The notes beneath the pieces were generated by a model. It saw nothing but the letters and a program-made list of their open reading frames with translations. It had not been told where the DNA came from and ran no database searches. A DNA stretch of 64,000 nucleotides from a virus. Its lineage: Duplodnaviria; Caudoviricetes. This document shows positions 52,901 to 62,356 of this stretch, piece by piece (the first letter of the stretch is position 1; each line of letters starts with the position of its first letter). Both the position numbers and the translations under genes were made by a program. Location of the stretch: positions 11,485 to 75,484 of IMG/VR virus record IMGVR_UViG_3300005719_000002. One strand, 5' to 3'.

Positions 52901-54978
52901 GCGGCGTACAAGCCTCTGGATTAGCCGGACTCGACCCTGAGGGGAAACTCACTCCAATCATCCTAAAGATGGCTCGCAATCGAGCAAAGGCTGGGATTCT
53001 CAAAGCCGAAGAAATCATCGATCAAATCCACGCGGCCATTAAAGAGCACCTTGACGTGTCCAAAGACGACATACGTGACGTGCTGGCAGGGTTCGATCTC
53101 CGCCATGACCCCCTGCCTGCGATTAAGACTCGTCTAAAGAATCGAGAAGCAGCCTTAACCGAACAGCTAAAAACCGGCGAGTTTCCCCGACGGGAAGTTC
53201 GTCGCCGAACCCCTTACGACCGTGAAGCCTCAGACCTGAAAGCCCGCGTGGACTCTCTCAAGCGGCAGGTTGACGCCAAGGTTCGTGGTCGTGACCGCAT
53301 CGAGCGAACCATTCTCAACCTGCGCAACGCCGGGTTGCTGACTGGTCTGCGTACTCACGCGCGCAATATTGGCGGTACAGCGACCTTTCAAGGGTTTGAG
53401 GAAGCGGCGCGTATCCCCGGAGCAATTACCGACCTCGTAACATCGCATTTCACCAAACAGCGCGCACTGGGAGCGCCCGATCCCGTTGCGGTTGCCAAGT
53501 CGTCCTATGAAGCGGCGACCAAGGGCGTCCGTGAGGCTGTCCAGATCGTGAGACATGGCGCGTCCGCAACCGACTTAGAGAAAATAGATGTTCACCACGA
53601 ATCAAACAGTGGCTCCAAAGTTCTCGACACCTACATCAACACGGTATTCCGAACACTGGGTGCTGAGGACAAGGTTTTTCGCACTTATGCTTACCGGCGC
53701 TCCATCGAAGAACAGGCCAAACTGAGAAGTAAAGCCGAAGGCCGACCTACCAAAGACCTCAGCGCCAACCCAACCGCCGACATGGTGTCGCAAGCGATCC
53801 TCGACGCCGAGGTGTCCACCTTCAACAACCAAAACATCGTTGCCAAAGGTCTTGAAAGTCTGAAGACCCACGCAGGCCCGGCGGGTGAAGCGGTAATCGA
53901 TCTGATTATTCCCTTCAAGCGCACCCCGGCGAACATTGCTGCTCGATTGCTGGAGTCAACACCTCTCGGTGTTCCCAAGGCCGCGTACGACCTCGCCAAA
54001 GCCTACCGCCAGTCGGTCAACAAGAAAATTTCCTTTGAAGCACAGCGAAAGTTTTCGCAAACTATCGGCAGGTCTGTTACCGGGTCAGGGTTGATCACCT
54101 TGGGCTATATGTTGGCTAAAGCAGGACTGGCAACTGGCCTTTACTCCGAAGACAAGGGCGAGCGAAATGTACAGGAAGCCGCTGGGCGCTCTCCGATGTC
54201 GGTACGAGTCGGCGACACATGGCATCAGATTGGCGCGTTCTCTCCGCTGGGCAACCTGATCGCCGTCGGTGCAGCAATGTACAAACCCGACGCTGAGGAA
54301 GCCCTCGCTACCAGACTTCCTGGCATTGTCGGCAAGGTGCTGCTCGACCAGCCCTTCCTGCGTGGGCCAAGTCAGGTGGTTGACGTTGTGGAAGACCCTA
54401 ACCGCGCAGGTGCGGCGTTCTTTGGCGGCATGGCCGGAAGTTTCGTACCCACGCTGGCAAGTGACGTAGGCGCACTGAGGGATAACACCCGCCGTGAATC
54501 CAAAGGCGTCCTGCAACGAGTCCAGAGCCGCGTTCCGATTTGGCGTGAGAGTCTGCCGGAACGCAGAGACGTGTTCGGTGATCAATTAGAATCGCGGCGC
54601 TCGGCAATAGCTGACCCAACACTTACCACGACAGCCAAAGACCAACCCTTCCTTCAGGAAATCCTGCGGCTGGATATTTCCATCCCTGACAGCCCGAAGC
54701 TAAAAGACCAGAAAACGGGCAAACCACTCGAAACCGATGATCAGTACCGCAATCGCTTGATCAAGCAGGGGCAGGAAATGAAACAGGTGCTCATCAAGAC
54801 AGTGGAAAGTCCGGTTTACCAAAAGAAGTCTGACGACCAGAAGAAAGAGCACCTGAAGGATGTGATTGAATTCGCGCGGCGGAAGATTAATGTTCAGGAA
54901 AAAATAAAATACCGGCAAGCAAAATCCCAAGGGCGAGCAGGAAGTAACCGGCAAGAATCTTCAGCGTCCGCACCGTAG
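49999..54978 (+). CDS. Large internal virion/ejection protein with N-terminal lytic transglycosylase (1659 aa)
   Basis: QESGG (catalytic Glu), GMFQIMPATA, DPLDNAYGG, AIAGYHG; long helical body. Confidence 0.75.
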   Translation: MPQKKPQEDLSLDDAIDRIADNLSVPRELWRAMTNQESGGKTSAQSPKGAHGMFQIMPATAAGIKKPNGQVIDINDPLDNAYGGLKLLSDNYKQFRPLAQNDRHAWAMAIAGYHGNPKNVIRDVKRGGIGIPDQDDGAINTQDHVYKIMHNVPGIGRLGPDASTTPPLVQSGQAPKAGALPATPIDYSGRIPKVAVPVNQPPSPTDAVSALATKFAQQAPENARRRRMQQRVQQARASIGTNDAAWHFGMTPDEAKRLSPQAQQVLVQAVTEDRRKKAAGQEIAPPSLTYQNEMRAKAGLKPLAFNVATAPNATAPYYRPESANLNLDMEDRSGFAVPRQTPAGNVVERRNQAFNRPLAEQVGAAATSAPVLSDETKTRNLIQETAPPGFEYLPKGLQDWIGGAVAKNAVGLAKQVGALGHDVAVISPATQIAAAIASKATDRDLPKELLNTADELSRGAAIADAKAGRSTLSQGAQDVLGSTVSSAPALALSALGVPAPIAFGLQSYLDAQGNRAGLMETMKATGEGALIGELFELPLPAKLQVLSRIGARLGKTGEIAGRAAERAIPVGAGTAAITGSPQAAAVNALFAASGAIGKGEHATTETPEVLGSVPKPATEPPRVPERPADVGTSAPQLSEAVQAKPRPKLPVTEPDWTDVPPEDRTKIQQQLVDEMGAPTHDEGQPKLPITEQPIPPTQPPTRPDTPPKVSPETPAEPPTAVKSAEPPPAEVATTSPKGATTASTSSARKAQFAEDRAALDLPELPVAERKSWQRSLAEAQPEHANAFADEVLNKPRALTDSETASIVVRAQQIKNRHADVMKEIGDSNDTQSIIGKRAEVDALESEFDKLTTAAKKSGTEKGRALAAQKLTINQDYDLVSVVQRAKAAKGRELTTDERAQFEEQTNRIKELETKLTEAESQAKTRAIQKDIDNVIKRSKGVRAEKKQSLDDEFAFLKTELAQAKMETRGVQASGLAGLDPEGKLTPIILKMARNRAKAGILKAEEIIDQIHAAIKEHLDVSKDDIRDVLAGFDLRHDPLPAIKTRLKNREAALTEQLKTGEFPRREVRRRTPYDREASDLKARVDSLKRQVDAKVRGRDRIERTILNLRNAGLLTGLRTHARNIGGTATFQGFEEAARIPGAITDLVTSHFTKQRALGAPDPVAVAKSSYEAATKGVREAVQIVRHGASATDLEKIDVHHESNSGSKVLDTYINTVFRTLGAEDKVFRTYAYRRSIEEQAKLRSKAEGRPTKDLSANPTADMVSQAILDAEVSTFNNQNIVAKGLESLKTHAGPAGEAVIDLIIPFKRTPANIAARLLESTPLGVPKAAYDLAKAYRQSVNKKISFEAQRKFSQTIGRSVTGSGLITLGYMLAKAGLATGLYSEDKGERNVQEAAGRSPMSVRVGDTWHQIGAFSPLGNLIAVGAAMYKPDAEEALATRLPGIVGKVLLDQPFLRGPSQVVDVVEDPNRAGAAFFGGMAGSFVPTLASDVGALRDNTRRESKGVLQRVQSRVPIWRESLPERRDVFGDQLESRRSAIADPTLTTTAKDQPFLQEILRLDISIPDSPKLKDQKTGKPLETDDQYRNRLIKQGQEMKQVLIKTVESPVYQKKSDDQKKEHLKDVIEFARRKINVQEKIKYRQAKSQGRAGSNRQESSASAP

Positions 54979-54990
54979 TAATATACCACC

Positions 54991-56952
54991 GTGACCCCTG
55001 AACAGGAACTAAAAGAACAAATCCTGATGGAAGAGATGGTCAGGCAGCAGTGGCCGTCTCTGCCGGTGGACTATCGCCAGCGATACGTCGAGAAAGATGG
55101 CTGGGAACCGTGGCTGCGGCGATACTTCCCGACCGCCTTCAATCGCCCATTCGCCCGCTACCAGAAAACCTTTTGGGATTGGGGCTGGCAACTGGAACCA
55201 AATGTCTACTACCGCCCCCGCGTTGAATGCGAGCCGCGTGGTGTGGGCAAATCGACCAGCGCGGAAACCCTTGTCGTCCAGCTTCTCGCCCGCAAGCGGA
55301 AGAAAGCCATCGGCTACGTCTCCGGCACGGACGTTAAGGCCACCAAGCACTTCAATTCCATTCGTCGTAAACTGGAGAATGCCGACCTGCTTATCGACTA
55401 CCCCCACCTGAAACCGCAAGTCCAGAAGTATCGCAACGCTTTCAACTCATGGTCACAGGATCGTCTTGTCACCGATGGTCGTCAGATGCTTATTCCGATC
55501 ACCCTCCAAGGTTCTAACCGAGGATTCAAATCAGACGATGACACTCGGTTCGACATGATTGTACTGGACGATATTGACTCACTGGGTGAGAGTCCTGATG
55601 TAATCGCCAAGAACCTTGAACTGCTGAAATCAGAAATCATCTTTGCTGGTTACGCTTACACGACCATTCTCTTCGCGCAGAACCTCATCCATCGCGACTC
55701 CATCTGTTCAATGGTGATGGACTACCGCGCAGACATGCTCTCAGATCGCGACTTCAAAGGCCCCTATCCGCTGATGAAGTGGTACGACGCCGAGCGAATC
55801 GAACTGCCCGATGGTGGCAGGCCGTGGAAGATCACCGCAGGTGAACCATTTGACGATGCTATCAGCCAGGAGTACGCCGAGGTGATTCTCAACCAGATTG
55901 GTCGCGACCTATTTGACCGTGAAGCCCAGCAGGACGTAACGAAGGTTGGCGAGGACAAAGACTTCCGCGAGTGGGACGAGGTTTACCATATCGTTACACG
56001 ATCTGAAATAATCAAAGGCTTTGAGCGCGTGTCGATGAGCGATGCAAATGGGTTCTTTATCCCGCCACGGTGGAAGGTGGGGCAGGGTTTTGATTGGGGA
56101 ACCACCCGTGATCATCCTGCGTCTATCACGTTTGTAGCTCGTCCTGACAAAACCTGCCCACACGACGACTGCCACTTCGTGTTTTCCGAAGTAGTCATGC
56201 CGTGCTTCCCTTACGATCCCAGCATCGCTGCGGAGCTGGTCAGCCCTGGTCGCATCGCCGCCAAGATACGAGAAACCGAACACCAATTCAGACTTCAGAA
56301 AGGCCAAGTGGCCGAGCGCAAGATGTCGCACGAAGCCTCAGCCGCGCGTAACACGCTAATCGTTGACCTCCCTGAAGACCTGAAGACCTTCTTCAACAAG
56401 TGGCGCGCACAACGCGGTTCAGGTGTACCGCAGATTCAAAACCTTCTGGAAATAGACAAGACCAAACCGCATCCATTCCGCAGATACCCCAAAGGACACC
56501 CCGATGCAGGCAAGCCCTTAATAGGCAGACCACGCATTTATTTCATCGTCGCTGACGGGCAAGGCGAATTGTACGTTGACGACAACGGAAAGCTGAGAGT
56601 CACCGGCGCAACCAGTTCAGAAGGATTAGCACGTTGCCGGTACGAGATGCCGATTTACTCTCATCGAAATACTGGACAGAAGAAGATTGATGATGACTTT
56701 GTTGACAGCTTCCGTGGTCTAATGTCCACCTTTGGCGTCCCCGCAGGCCAACTCACCGTAGATGAGAAAATAGAAAACGCTTTACCTGCAACACTGAGAC
56801 GCAATACAATCGACAGCGAAACCGACCCGAACAAAAAGTACGGATTGGTTCAGGCGCGTCTAATGAAAGAGCGAGCGGTGAGACAAAAGATAACCAAACA
56901 TCCCACCAAGAGTCCTTTGCGCAGGTTTCGTGATATTTTTGGAGGGTTCTAA
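54991..56952 (+). CDS. terL: Terminase large subunit
   Basis: Walker A PRGVGKS, Walker B IVLDDID, nuclease GFDWG and DDFVDS. Confidence 0.9.
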   Translation: MTPEQELKEQILMEEMVRQQWPSLPVDYRQRYVEKDGWEPWLRRYFPTAFNRPFARYQKTFWDWGWQLEPNVYYRPRVECEPRGVGKSTSAETLVVQLLARKRKKAIGYVSGTDVKATKHFNSIRRKLENADLLIDYPHLKPQVQKYRNAFNSWSQDRLVTDGRQMLIPITLQGSNRGFKSDDDTRFDMIVLDDIDSLGESPDVIAKNLELLKSEIIFAGYAYTTILFAQNLIHRDSICSMVMDYRADMLSDRDFKGPYPLMKWYDAERIELPDGGRPWKITAGEPFDDAISQEYAEVILNQIGRDLFDREAQQDVTKVGEDKDFREWDEVYHIVTRSEIIKGFERVSMSDANGFFIPPRWKVGQGFDWGTTRDHPASITFVARPDKTCPHDDCHFVFSEVVMPCFPYDPSIAAELVSPGRIAAKIRETEHQFRLQKGQVAERKMSHEASAARNTLIVDLPEDLKTFFNKWRAQRGSGVPQIQNLLEIDKTKPHPFRRYPKGHPDAGKPLIGRPRIYFIVADGQGELYVDDNGKLRVTGATSSEGLARCRYEMPIYSHRNTGQKKIDDDFVDSFRGLMSTFGVPAGQLTVDEKIENALPATLRRNTIDSETDPNKKYGLVQARLMKERAVRQKITKHPTKSPLRRFRDIFGGF

Positions 56953-56954
56953 TC

Positions 56955-57125
56955 GTGCCGTTCAAATCGGAAAGTCAACGCAGGTATATGTGGATGGCCC
57001 ACCCAAAGATTGCAAAACGATGGGCGCACGAATACCCCGAAAGCAATAAAGGACTACCCAAGCACGTCAGGGATTCTGCTGCCAATGCCATCGCCAAAGG
57101 CTATCGCAAGAAGAAAACCAAGTGA
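56955..57125 (+). CDS. Small basic protein (56 aa), absent from the ORF track
   Basis: MPFKSESQRRYMWMAHPKIAKRWAHE; SD GGAGG; GTGA overlap. Confidence 0.65.
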   Translation: MPFKSESQRRYMWMAHPKIAKRWAHEYPESNKGLPKHVRDSAANAIAKGYRKKKTK

Positions 57126-57439
57126 ACCCAATCATCCCCTTACTTCTCCTGACCGCCGTGTTCAGCGTAGCCACATGGCTGATCGATCGCTCCCGCCAGC
57201 AAACCATTGAATATCTTCGTGCGGACAACAAAGACCTGCGTGATAGATTGTTCATCAAGCACCAGCTACCACCTTCCAACATCGACCTGACCCAGCGACA
57301 CGAAGAACGGCAGGAGCAAATGAAGATTGAGCGCGGTGACTCGAACGGGAAAAACCAGCACCCTGTTAATCCATTGAAGACGTGGACGCAGGAGATGACA
57401 CAAAAGGATTTGAAGGAACAGGCAGCATCGCGACGATGA
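57122..57439 (+). CDS. N-terminal TM/coiled-coil protein
   Basis: Hydrophobic N-terminus; overlaps at both ends. Confidence 0.6.
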   Translation: MNPIIPLLLLTAVFSVATWLIDRSRQQTIEYLRADNKDLRDRLFIKHQLPPSNIDLTQRHEERQEQMKIERGDSNGKNQHPVNPLKTWTQEMTQKDLKEQAASRR

Positions 57440-58038
57440 CCGACCACATCGCATGGCACAGGAATGGAGGAGCGACGATAGCCGGACTGGAATCTCACGT
57501 CACCCACGATTCCTACTGTGAAAAGCACAGCACGATTATCGACTCCACGGTTCATGCCTGTTCGGTGTTAGGAGGTTCGCGGATTGAAAAATCGACCCTC
57601 ACTAAGACTACCGTCGATACTTCGCACATTTACCAGTCCTTCGTCGCTGAGGCGCAAATTAGTCGTTGCGTGCTTGAGAAGTGTGTTATTAACAGTCTGG
57701 GTGGTCAAAGCCCGTCTCTGGCCCGCGTTTCTCTGGTGGACGCCGTAGTGGAGGGGGATGCGGTATTACGAGGGCCATGGCGACTCGATGGCGGCAGAAT
57801 CCCTACCGGAGTCTGGTACAGACCACCACGCACCTTGAGAATCACCGGCGATGAACTGGACGTGACGTTAACTGAGTCCACTGACGACCATGCGCTGATT
57901 GCCTGTCGCCGCAAGCCGACGATGAAGTGGCTGGCATTTGGGCCGAGGCTTGGCCGGATGCTTGGCTGGACGCCCGCGCAGGTTAAGACCGCCGCTGATT
58001 TCTTTACTTGTTTAATGGATGAACCGTTGACTCAATGA
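57436..58038 (+). CDS. Beta-helix-like hypothetical protein
   Basis: ATGA overlap at 57436; approximately 5-residue S/T-x-I/V periodicity. Confidence 0.55.
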   Translation: MTDHIAWHRNGGATIAGLESHVTHDSYCEKHSTIIDSTVHACSVLGGSRIEKSTLTKTTVDTSHIYQSFVAEAQISRCVLEKCVINSLGGQSPSLARVSLVDAVVEGDAVLRGPWRLDGGRIPTGVWYRPPRTLRITGDELDVTLTESTDDHALIACRRKPTMKWLAFGPRLGRMLGWTPAQVKTAADFFTCLMDEPLTQ

Positions 58039-60638
58039 AGGAAGCACTGAGATTCGACAAATGGCTCCTCGATTTTGCTAAACAGCGATACGAAGCCAAT
58101 CGTCGCGGTGAAACCACGCGGACACAGATCGCCGTATCGCTGCACCGTCGCTTCCGTGGTTCTACCCTCTCAGACCGCATTGGCCGCTTCATTCCCGGTG
58201 GCACGGGATTGTGGAAAGGTGACGGCGCAGAAGACCTCGACGGCGTAGACATCAAGTGCATCAACATTACCAAGCGCGCGATTCAGATGAATCAAGCCGC
58301 CCTCGGCTCAGCCACGGTCGCCATTCAGAACGAACCTGCCAACAAAGACCCTGACCTGCGGGGTGCGGCCAATGTCGCCAATGGAATCACCGAATGGTTG
58401 GAAGCTAACGATCACCACTGGTCAATGAACCTGATCAACCGGATGACCCAAATCATCCAAACGGGCTATGGATGCTTCCTTCACTCCTACCACGATGAGA
58501 ATAAGTCAAACTACGTGGAAACCCAGCCGTGGGAAGACAAAGAAGAACGCATTCCCGGTGAGTATGTCTGCAAGTGCGGCTCCGGCGGCACCTACGATTC
58601 TGATGACGACGAAACCACTAAATGTCCCCAGTGCGGCGGTGTAGCGGAAGTAACCAAGTCGTCTAAGCTGGCACTCGTGCCTCGTCCGGGTGAAAAGAAA
58701 CAGGTCAACTTTGGCGATAACTGCTCATCTATCTCGTCGTGTTTAGAGCACCGCGTAGACGAGAAGAACACTCAGGGCGGCAATCTGCTTCTCGGCCAAT
58801 GGTTCGAGCATCACTACTTGGTCAGTGAGGGTGAACTCAATGTCTTGTTTCCTAAATGGGAGCTTCCGAAATCTACCGAATGGACTTATCCCTTACGATG
58901 GAAGTACGCCCTTGAAACTGGAAACGACGTGTTCAACTCGCTTTCTTCAAGCAATGAATTCACCAAGCGCCGTGAGCTACAGGACTGGTACGTGCTGCCT
59001 GAAGAAGTAGCGGATCGGATTGAACCAGAAGACTTTGATCTGAAAGACGGCCAAGGCAACATCGTTTTCTCCATTAAGCGTGGTGAGAAAATCTCTGAGA
59101 AGTGTCCGAATGGGTTTATGTTCACGGTCTGCGGCGAGCAGGTAGCTCCGCGCTGGAAAGAAGTGGACTTTAGAAACGAGTGGTCGTACTGCTGTTTCAT
59201 TCCCGATGCCCACTCGTTTTGGGGACAGCCCTTGGTTGAATTGCTTCAAATCCAGGACGACTGGAACACCCTCTACACCATTGACATCCAACACCGTGAG
59301 CGCAACTCGTTAAACCAGATTATCTACAACTCGCAGATGTTTGATGCGGACTCGTGGGAACGGGACTTAGTGCCAACCTCGGATACTTTCAGTCAAGGCG
59401 AATACCCAATCCGCCACTACTACGACCAACTCCAAGCCGCCCCAATGGAAGGTGCGGTCAACGGGCTGAAGTTCCTGTTTGAGATTCTGCCCTATGTCGG
59501 CGGCGCACCACCCGAAGCTATTGGTGTCGATCCGCCGGGTGAGGACAATTACTCCGCCCAGCTTCTTCGCAAGCAGTCCATGTTGGGACAGCTCAAACCC
59601 CCAGCCAATTCCATTGCCCACGCCAAAGTCCGGTACATCAGAAACCACCTGAAGATTGCCCAAGCAACATGGCCGGAAGAACGGTTCCAGTATATCCTGA
59701 CCCGTTTTGGCGAAGAGTGGAAAGACGACGACGTGGAAGCGTTTCTCGGTTGCGACATCGACCGCGACATCGTAACCAACTACATCGCAGGCACCGAGAT
59801 ACCCACTGACTTCATTCAGCGCCGCATGGACATTGAGAATGCGCTCAACAAGTTCATTGAAGCGCAGACGCCACCACCGAAGGAATTGCTGGCCGAATAC
59901 TTTGAACTGCTCAATCTGGACTATGACTTAGGACATATGGAAGCCGACCAGAGACTTGCCGAATCGCGCTACCGGAAGATTAAGGAAGGTCTGCGAGCCT
60001 TGACTGGTAAAGTACCCGACCAACCTATCATCGACGGTGCAACCGGCCAGCCTCTACCTTCCCCGCTGGTGCAATCTGTTCTGTCCCACCCGTCGCTACA
60101 GGTGAAACCCAAAGAGGAGCACCAAATTCACATTGAATTCTACGTGGACAAGGAAAAGGGTCTGATGGCGGAAGACATGCCTGACCTGAACCTAATTGCC
60201 TGTGTGGACGAGATGATTGCGCGCCACGAAAGCGGCGGGGTGCAGGAGATGCAGTCTCAATCTGCCCAGCAGGTCGCGGGTGCTGCGCCGGTGATGGCTG
60301 CTCAACAAGCCATGGAACCTCAACCACCCGACAACTCAGCCCAAGCTCAACTTCAAGCCCAACAGGATGCTCAGCAACGGGATCAGGATGCGCAGGAAGC
60401 CGAGCACCAGCGAAACTTCGAAGCCCTGGAACACAAGAGCGACCAGCAACACGAAATCGGAAAGATGCAAATGCAATTCGCTCAGGACGCGCAATTAAAG
60501 CAAATAGACGCTGCCACCCAAGAACGCATGAAGAGTGCTGAACTGGGCGCGCAGGAGCGAATGAACGCGGTCAAGGTCAAAGAGCAGGCCAAACTCGCCA
60601 AGCAAAGGAGTGCTCAAAAGAGCAAGAAAGCCGCATGA
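58035..60638 (+). CDS. Portal protein (867 aa) with Zn-ribbon insertion and Gln-rich C-terminal coiled coil
   Basis: Position terL-portal-scaffold-MCP; HSFWGQPLVELLQIQDDWNTL; long helical C-terminus. Confidence 0.8.
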   Translation: MKEALRFDKWLLDFAKQRYEANRRGETTRTQIAVSLHRRFRGSTLSDRIGRFIPGGTGLWKGDGAEDLDGVDIKCINITKRAIQMNQAALGSATVAIQNEPANKDPDLRGAANVANGITEWLEANDHHWSMNLINRMTQIIQTGYGCFLHSYHDENKSNYVETQPWEDKEERIPGEYVCKCGSGGTYDSDDDETTKCPQCGGVAEVTKSSKLALVPRPGEKKQVNFGDNCSSISSCLEHRVDEKNTQGGNLLLGQWFEHHYLVSEGELNVLFPKWELPKSTEWTYPLRWKYALETGNDVFNSLSSSNEFTKRRELQDWYVLPEEVADRIEPEDFDLKDGQGNIVFSIKRGEKISEKCPNGFMFTVCGEQVAPRWKEVDFRNEWSYCCFIPDAHSFWGQPLVELLQIQDDWNTLYTIDIQHRERNSLNQIIYNSQMFDADSWERDLVPTSDTFSQGEYPIRHYYDQLQAAPMEGAVNGLKFLFEILPYVGGAPPEAIGVDPPGEDNYSAQLLRKQSMLGQLKPPANSIAHAKVRYIRNHLKIAQATWPEERFQYILTRFGEEWKDDDVEAFLGCDIDRDIVTNYIAGTEIPTDFIQRRMDIENALNKFIEAQTPPPKELLAEYFELLNLDYDLGHMEADQRLAESRYRKIKEGLRALTGKVPDQPIIDGATGQPLPSPLVQSVLSHPSLQVKPKEEHQIHIEFYVDKEKGLMAEDMPDLNLIACVDEMIARHESGGVQEMQSQSAQQVAGAAPVMAAQQAMEPQPPDNSAQAQLQAQQDAQQRDQDAQEAEHQRNFEALEHKSDQQHEIGKMQMQFAQDAQLKQIDAATQERMKSAELGAQERMNAVKVKEQAKLAKQRSAQKSKKAA

Positions 60639-60802
60639 GCGAGCCGCCTCCTGAAAAGAAACCTGTTCGCGTGATAAAGAAAGGTGCTAGACTCACACCT
60701 GCGAAGGCTGATGTGCGGGAAGAGATCAAACGTATCTCCGACTTGCTATTGACCCTTTCGCGCCGAGTCGGTCAGTTGAAAGACTCGCTGACAACAGAAT
60801 AG
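60635..60802 (+). CDS. Small protein (55 aa)
   Basis: ATGA overlap with the portal stop. Confidence 0.5.
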   Translation: MSEPPPEKKPVRVIKKGARLTPAKADVREEIKRISDLLLTLSRRVGQLKDSLTTE

Positions 60803-60841
60803 ACTGAAACCAAGTTCCCGCAAGGGGCATCTTGGTTAAGT

Positions 60842-60893
60842 AGCCCGTTATCAGGTGACACCGCACAGTTAGCCTGATGGCGGGTTTTCTTTT
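60842..60893 (+). terminator. Terminator-like hairpin before the scaffold gene
   Basis: CCCGTTATCAGG / CCTGATGGCGGG then TTTTCTTTT. Confidence 0.6.
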
Positions 60894-60935
60894 ATGCCGC
60901 CGTCCAAAAGACCGCCGCTAACAAGGAAGGACACA

Positions 60936-62339
60936 ATGCCGGAGTTAACAGAAAGTACGCAAACCGATTCGTCAATCATAGCCGCCTCGATGCCGGAAGA
61001 CACTGCCGCATCCTCTGCCGCCCAAGCCGCCGAGGAATCCGCCGCGTCTCAAGACACGACCGCCGCATCGCCTGACGATGAGATAGCTCGCCTGAAGTCG
61101 GATCACAAGGACGCCATGAAAAACATCCTTGCTCCGAAAGAGGACGAGCAGGCCGAAGCCGAAACTGAACAACCTGAACAAATCGCCCAAGAGGAAACCG
61201 AGGAACCTGAAGCAGTTGAAGCAGATTCTCTCGCTCCTGAAGGCCCGCGCACGCTGGAAGCTCTCAAGGCCCAGTTCCCGCGCGCCCAAACTGTCGCTCT
61301 GGAAGAAATTGCCAGAGTGGACAAGTTGGCGTGGGACACCCAGGAGAAGCTGAACGCGCTGGGTGGGGAAATCGGGATAGGAATAGCCAATGAAGTGATG
61401 CCCTTGATCCTCAAGGCTGACATTACTCCCGAAGACGGCGACAAGTTCGCGGAAAGCGTCTTTATCACCAACCCCATGTTGGGAATAGAGATGTCCAAGA
61501 TTCTCCTCGACAAAGCGTTTGCCGAAGATGAGATCGACACCGAAAGCGGATTGCCGATTCGCGTCGCCACGGCCAACGCGATGATCCAGAAGCACCTCGA
61601 CCCTGATTACACGCTCGACAAGATCGAGGCGCTAATCAAGTTTGACAAGGCTGGATTGATCGACCACGAGGAGTTGCAAAAAGACCTTGAGATGGAAGGC
61701 GAAAGTGAAACCGTCAAAGCCCTCAAGAGTCAGATTGCCGAACTAAAAGGGGTTCAGGACAAGGACAAGGCCGACAAGGAGCGCGCAGCTCAGATAGAGA
61801 CTCAGAAACATTACCGGAAGGCAACGGACTCCGTTTCCCAAAAGGCAATGGACTCTCTGATTCCTATCGCCGAGCAATATGGTTGGACTGCGACGAAAGA
61901 AGAACTCGCGTCGGATAAACCGGACGTTAAGGAGCTGGCCGAGGCCAAGGTGAAGATGGGTGAACTGCTCACTGCGTGGATGGAGCAACGCAAGACGCAA
62001 TATCCTGAGTGGGCGTCCATTGATCACTTAGCCAAGAACCAGAACGCCTTCAATGACGACGGCAACCCGACCAGCATCTTCACGGTGAACTCCACCACCC
62101 TGTGCAATCGCATAGTGGCGGATTTCAAGGAAATGCTGAGAGTTCTGAACAAGACGTTCGCCAAGTCCCTTGGCTCGTCTCGCGCCGCAGTTAAGGCGAA
62201 AACGGTTCAGAAGCGGCCAGTAGAGGAAATCCCTCAGACGAAGAAGGTTGAGGAAAAGGCATCTGACGACGACACTATCGCGACGCTGCGCAGGCAGTAC
62301 CGCGAGGAGATGAGTCAGGTGCGCGCCCAAGCTGGCTAG
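60936..62339 (+). CDS. Capsid scaffolding protein
   Basis: SD AAGGAAGG; acidic disordered N-terminus, helical body, directly upstream of MCP. Confidence 0.75.
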   Translation: MPELTESTQTDSSIIAASMPEDTAASSAAQAAEESAASQDTTAASPDDEIARLKSDHKDAMKNILAPKEDEQAEAETEQPEQIAQEETEEPEAVEADSLAPEGPRTLEALKAQFPRAQTVALEEIARVDKLAWDTQEKLNALGGEIGIGIANEVMPLILKADITPEDGDKFAESVFITNPMLGIEMSKILLDKAFAEDEIDTESGLPIRVATANAMIQKHLDPDYTLDKIEALIKFDKAGLIDHEELQKDLEMEGESETVKALKSQIAELKGVQDKDKADKERAAQIETQKHYRKATDSVSQKAMDSLIPIAEQYGWTATKEELASDKPDVKELAEAKVKMGELLTAWMEQRKTQYPEWASIDHLAKNQNAFNDDGNPTSIFTVNSTTLCNRIVADFKEMLRVLNKTFAKSLGSSRAAVKAKTVQKRPVEEIPQTKKVEEKASDDDTIATLRRQYREEMSQVRAQAG

Positions 62340-62356
62340 CACAAGGAGATTAAATT

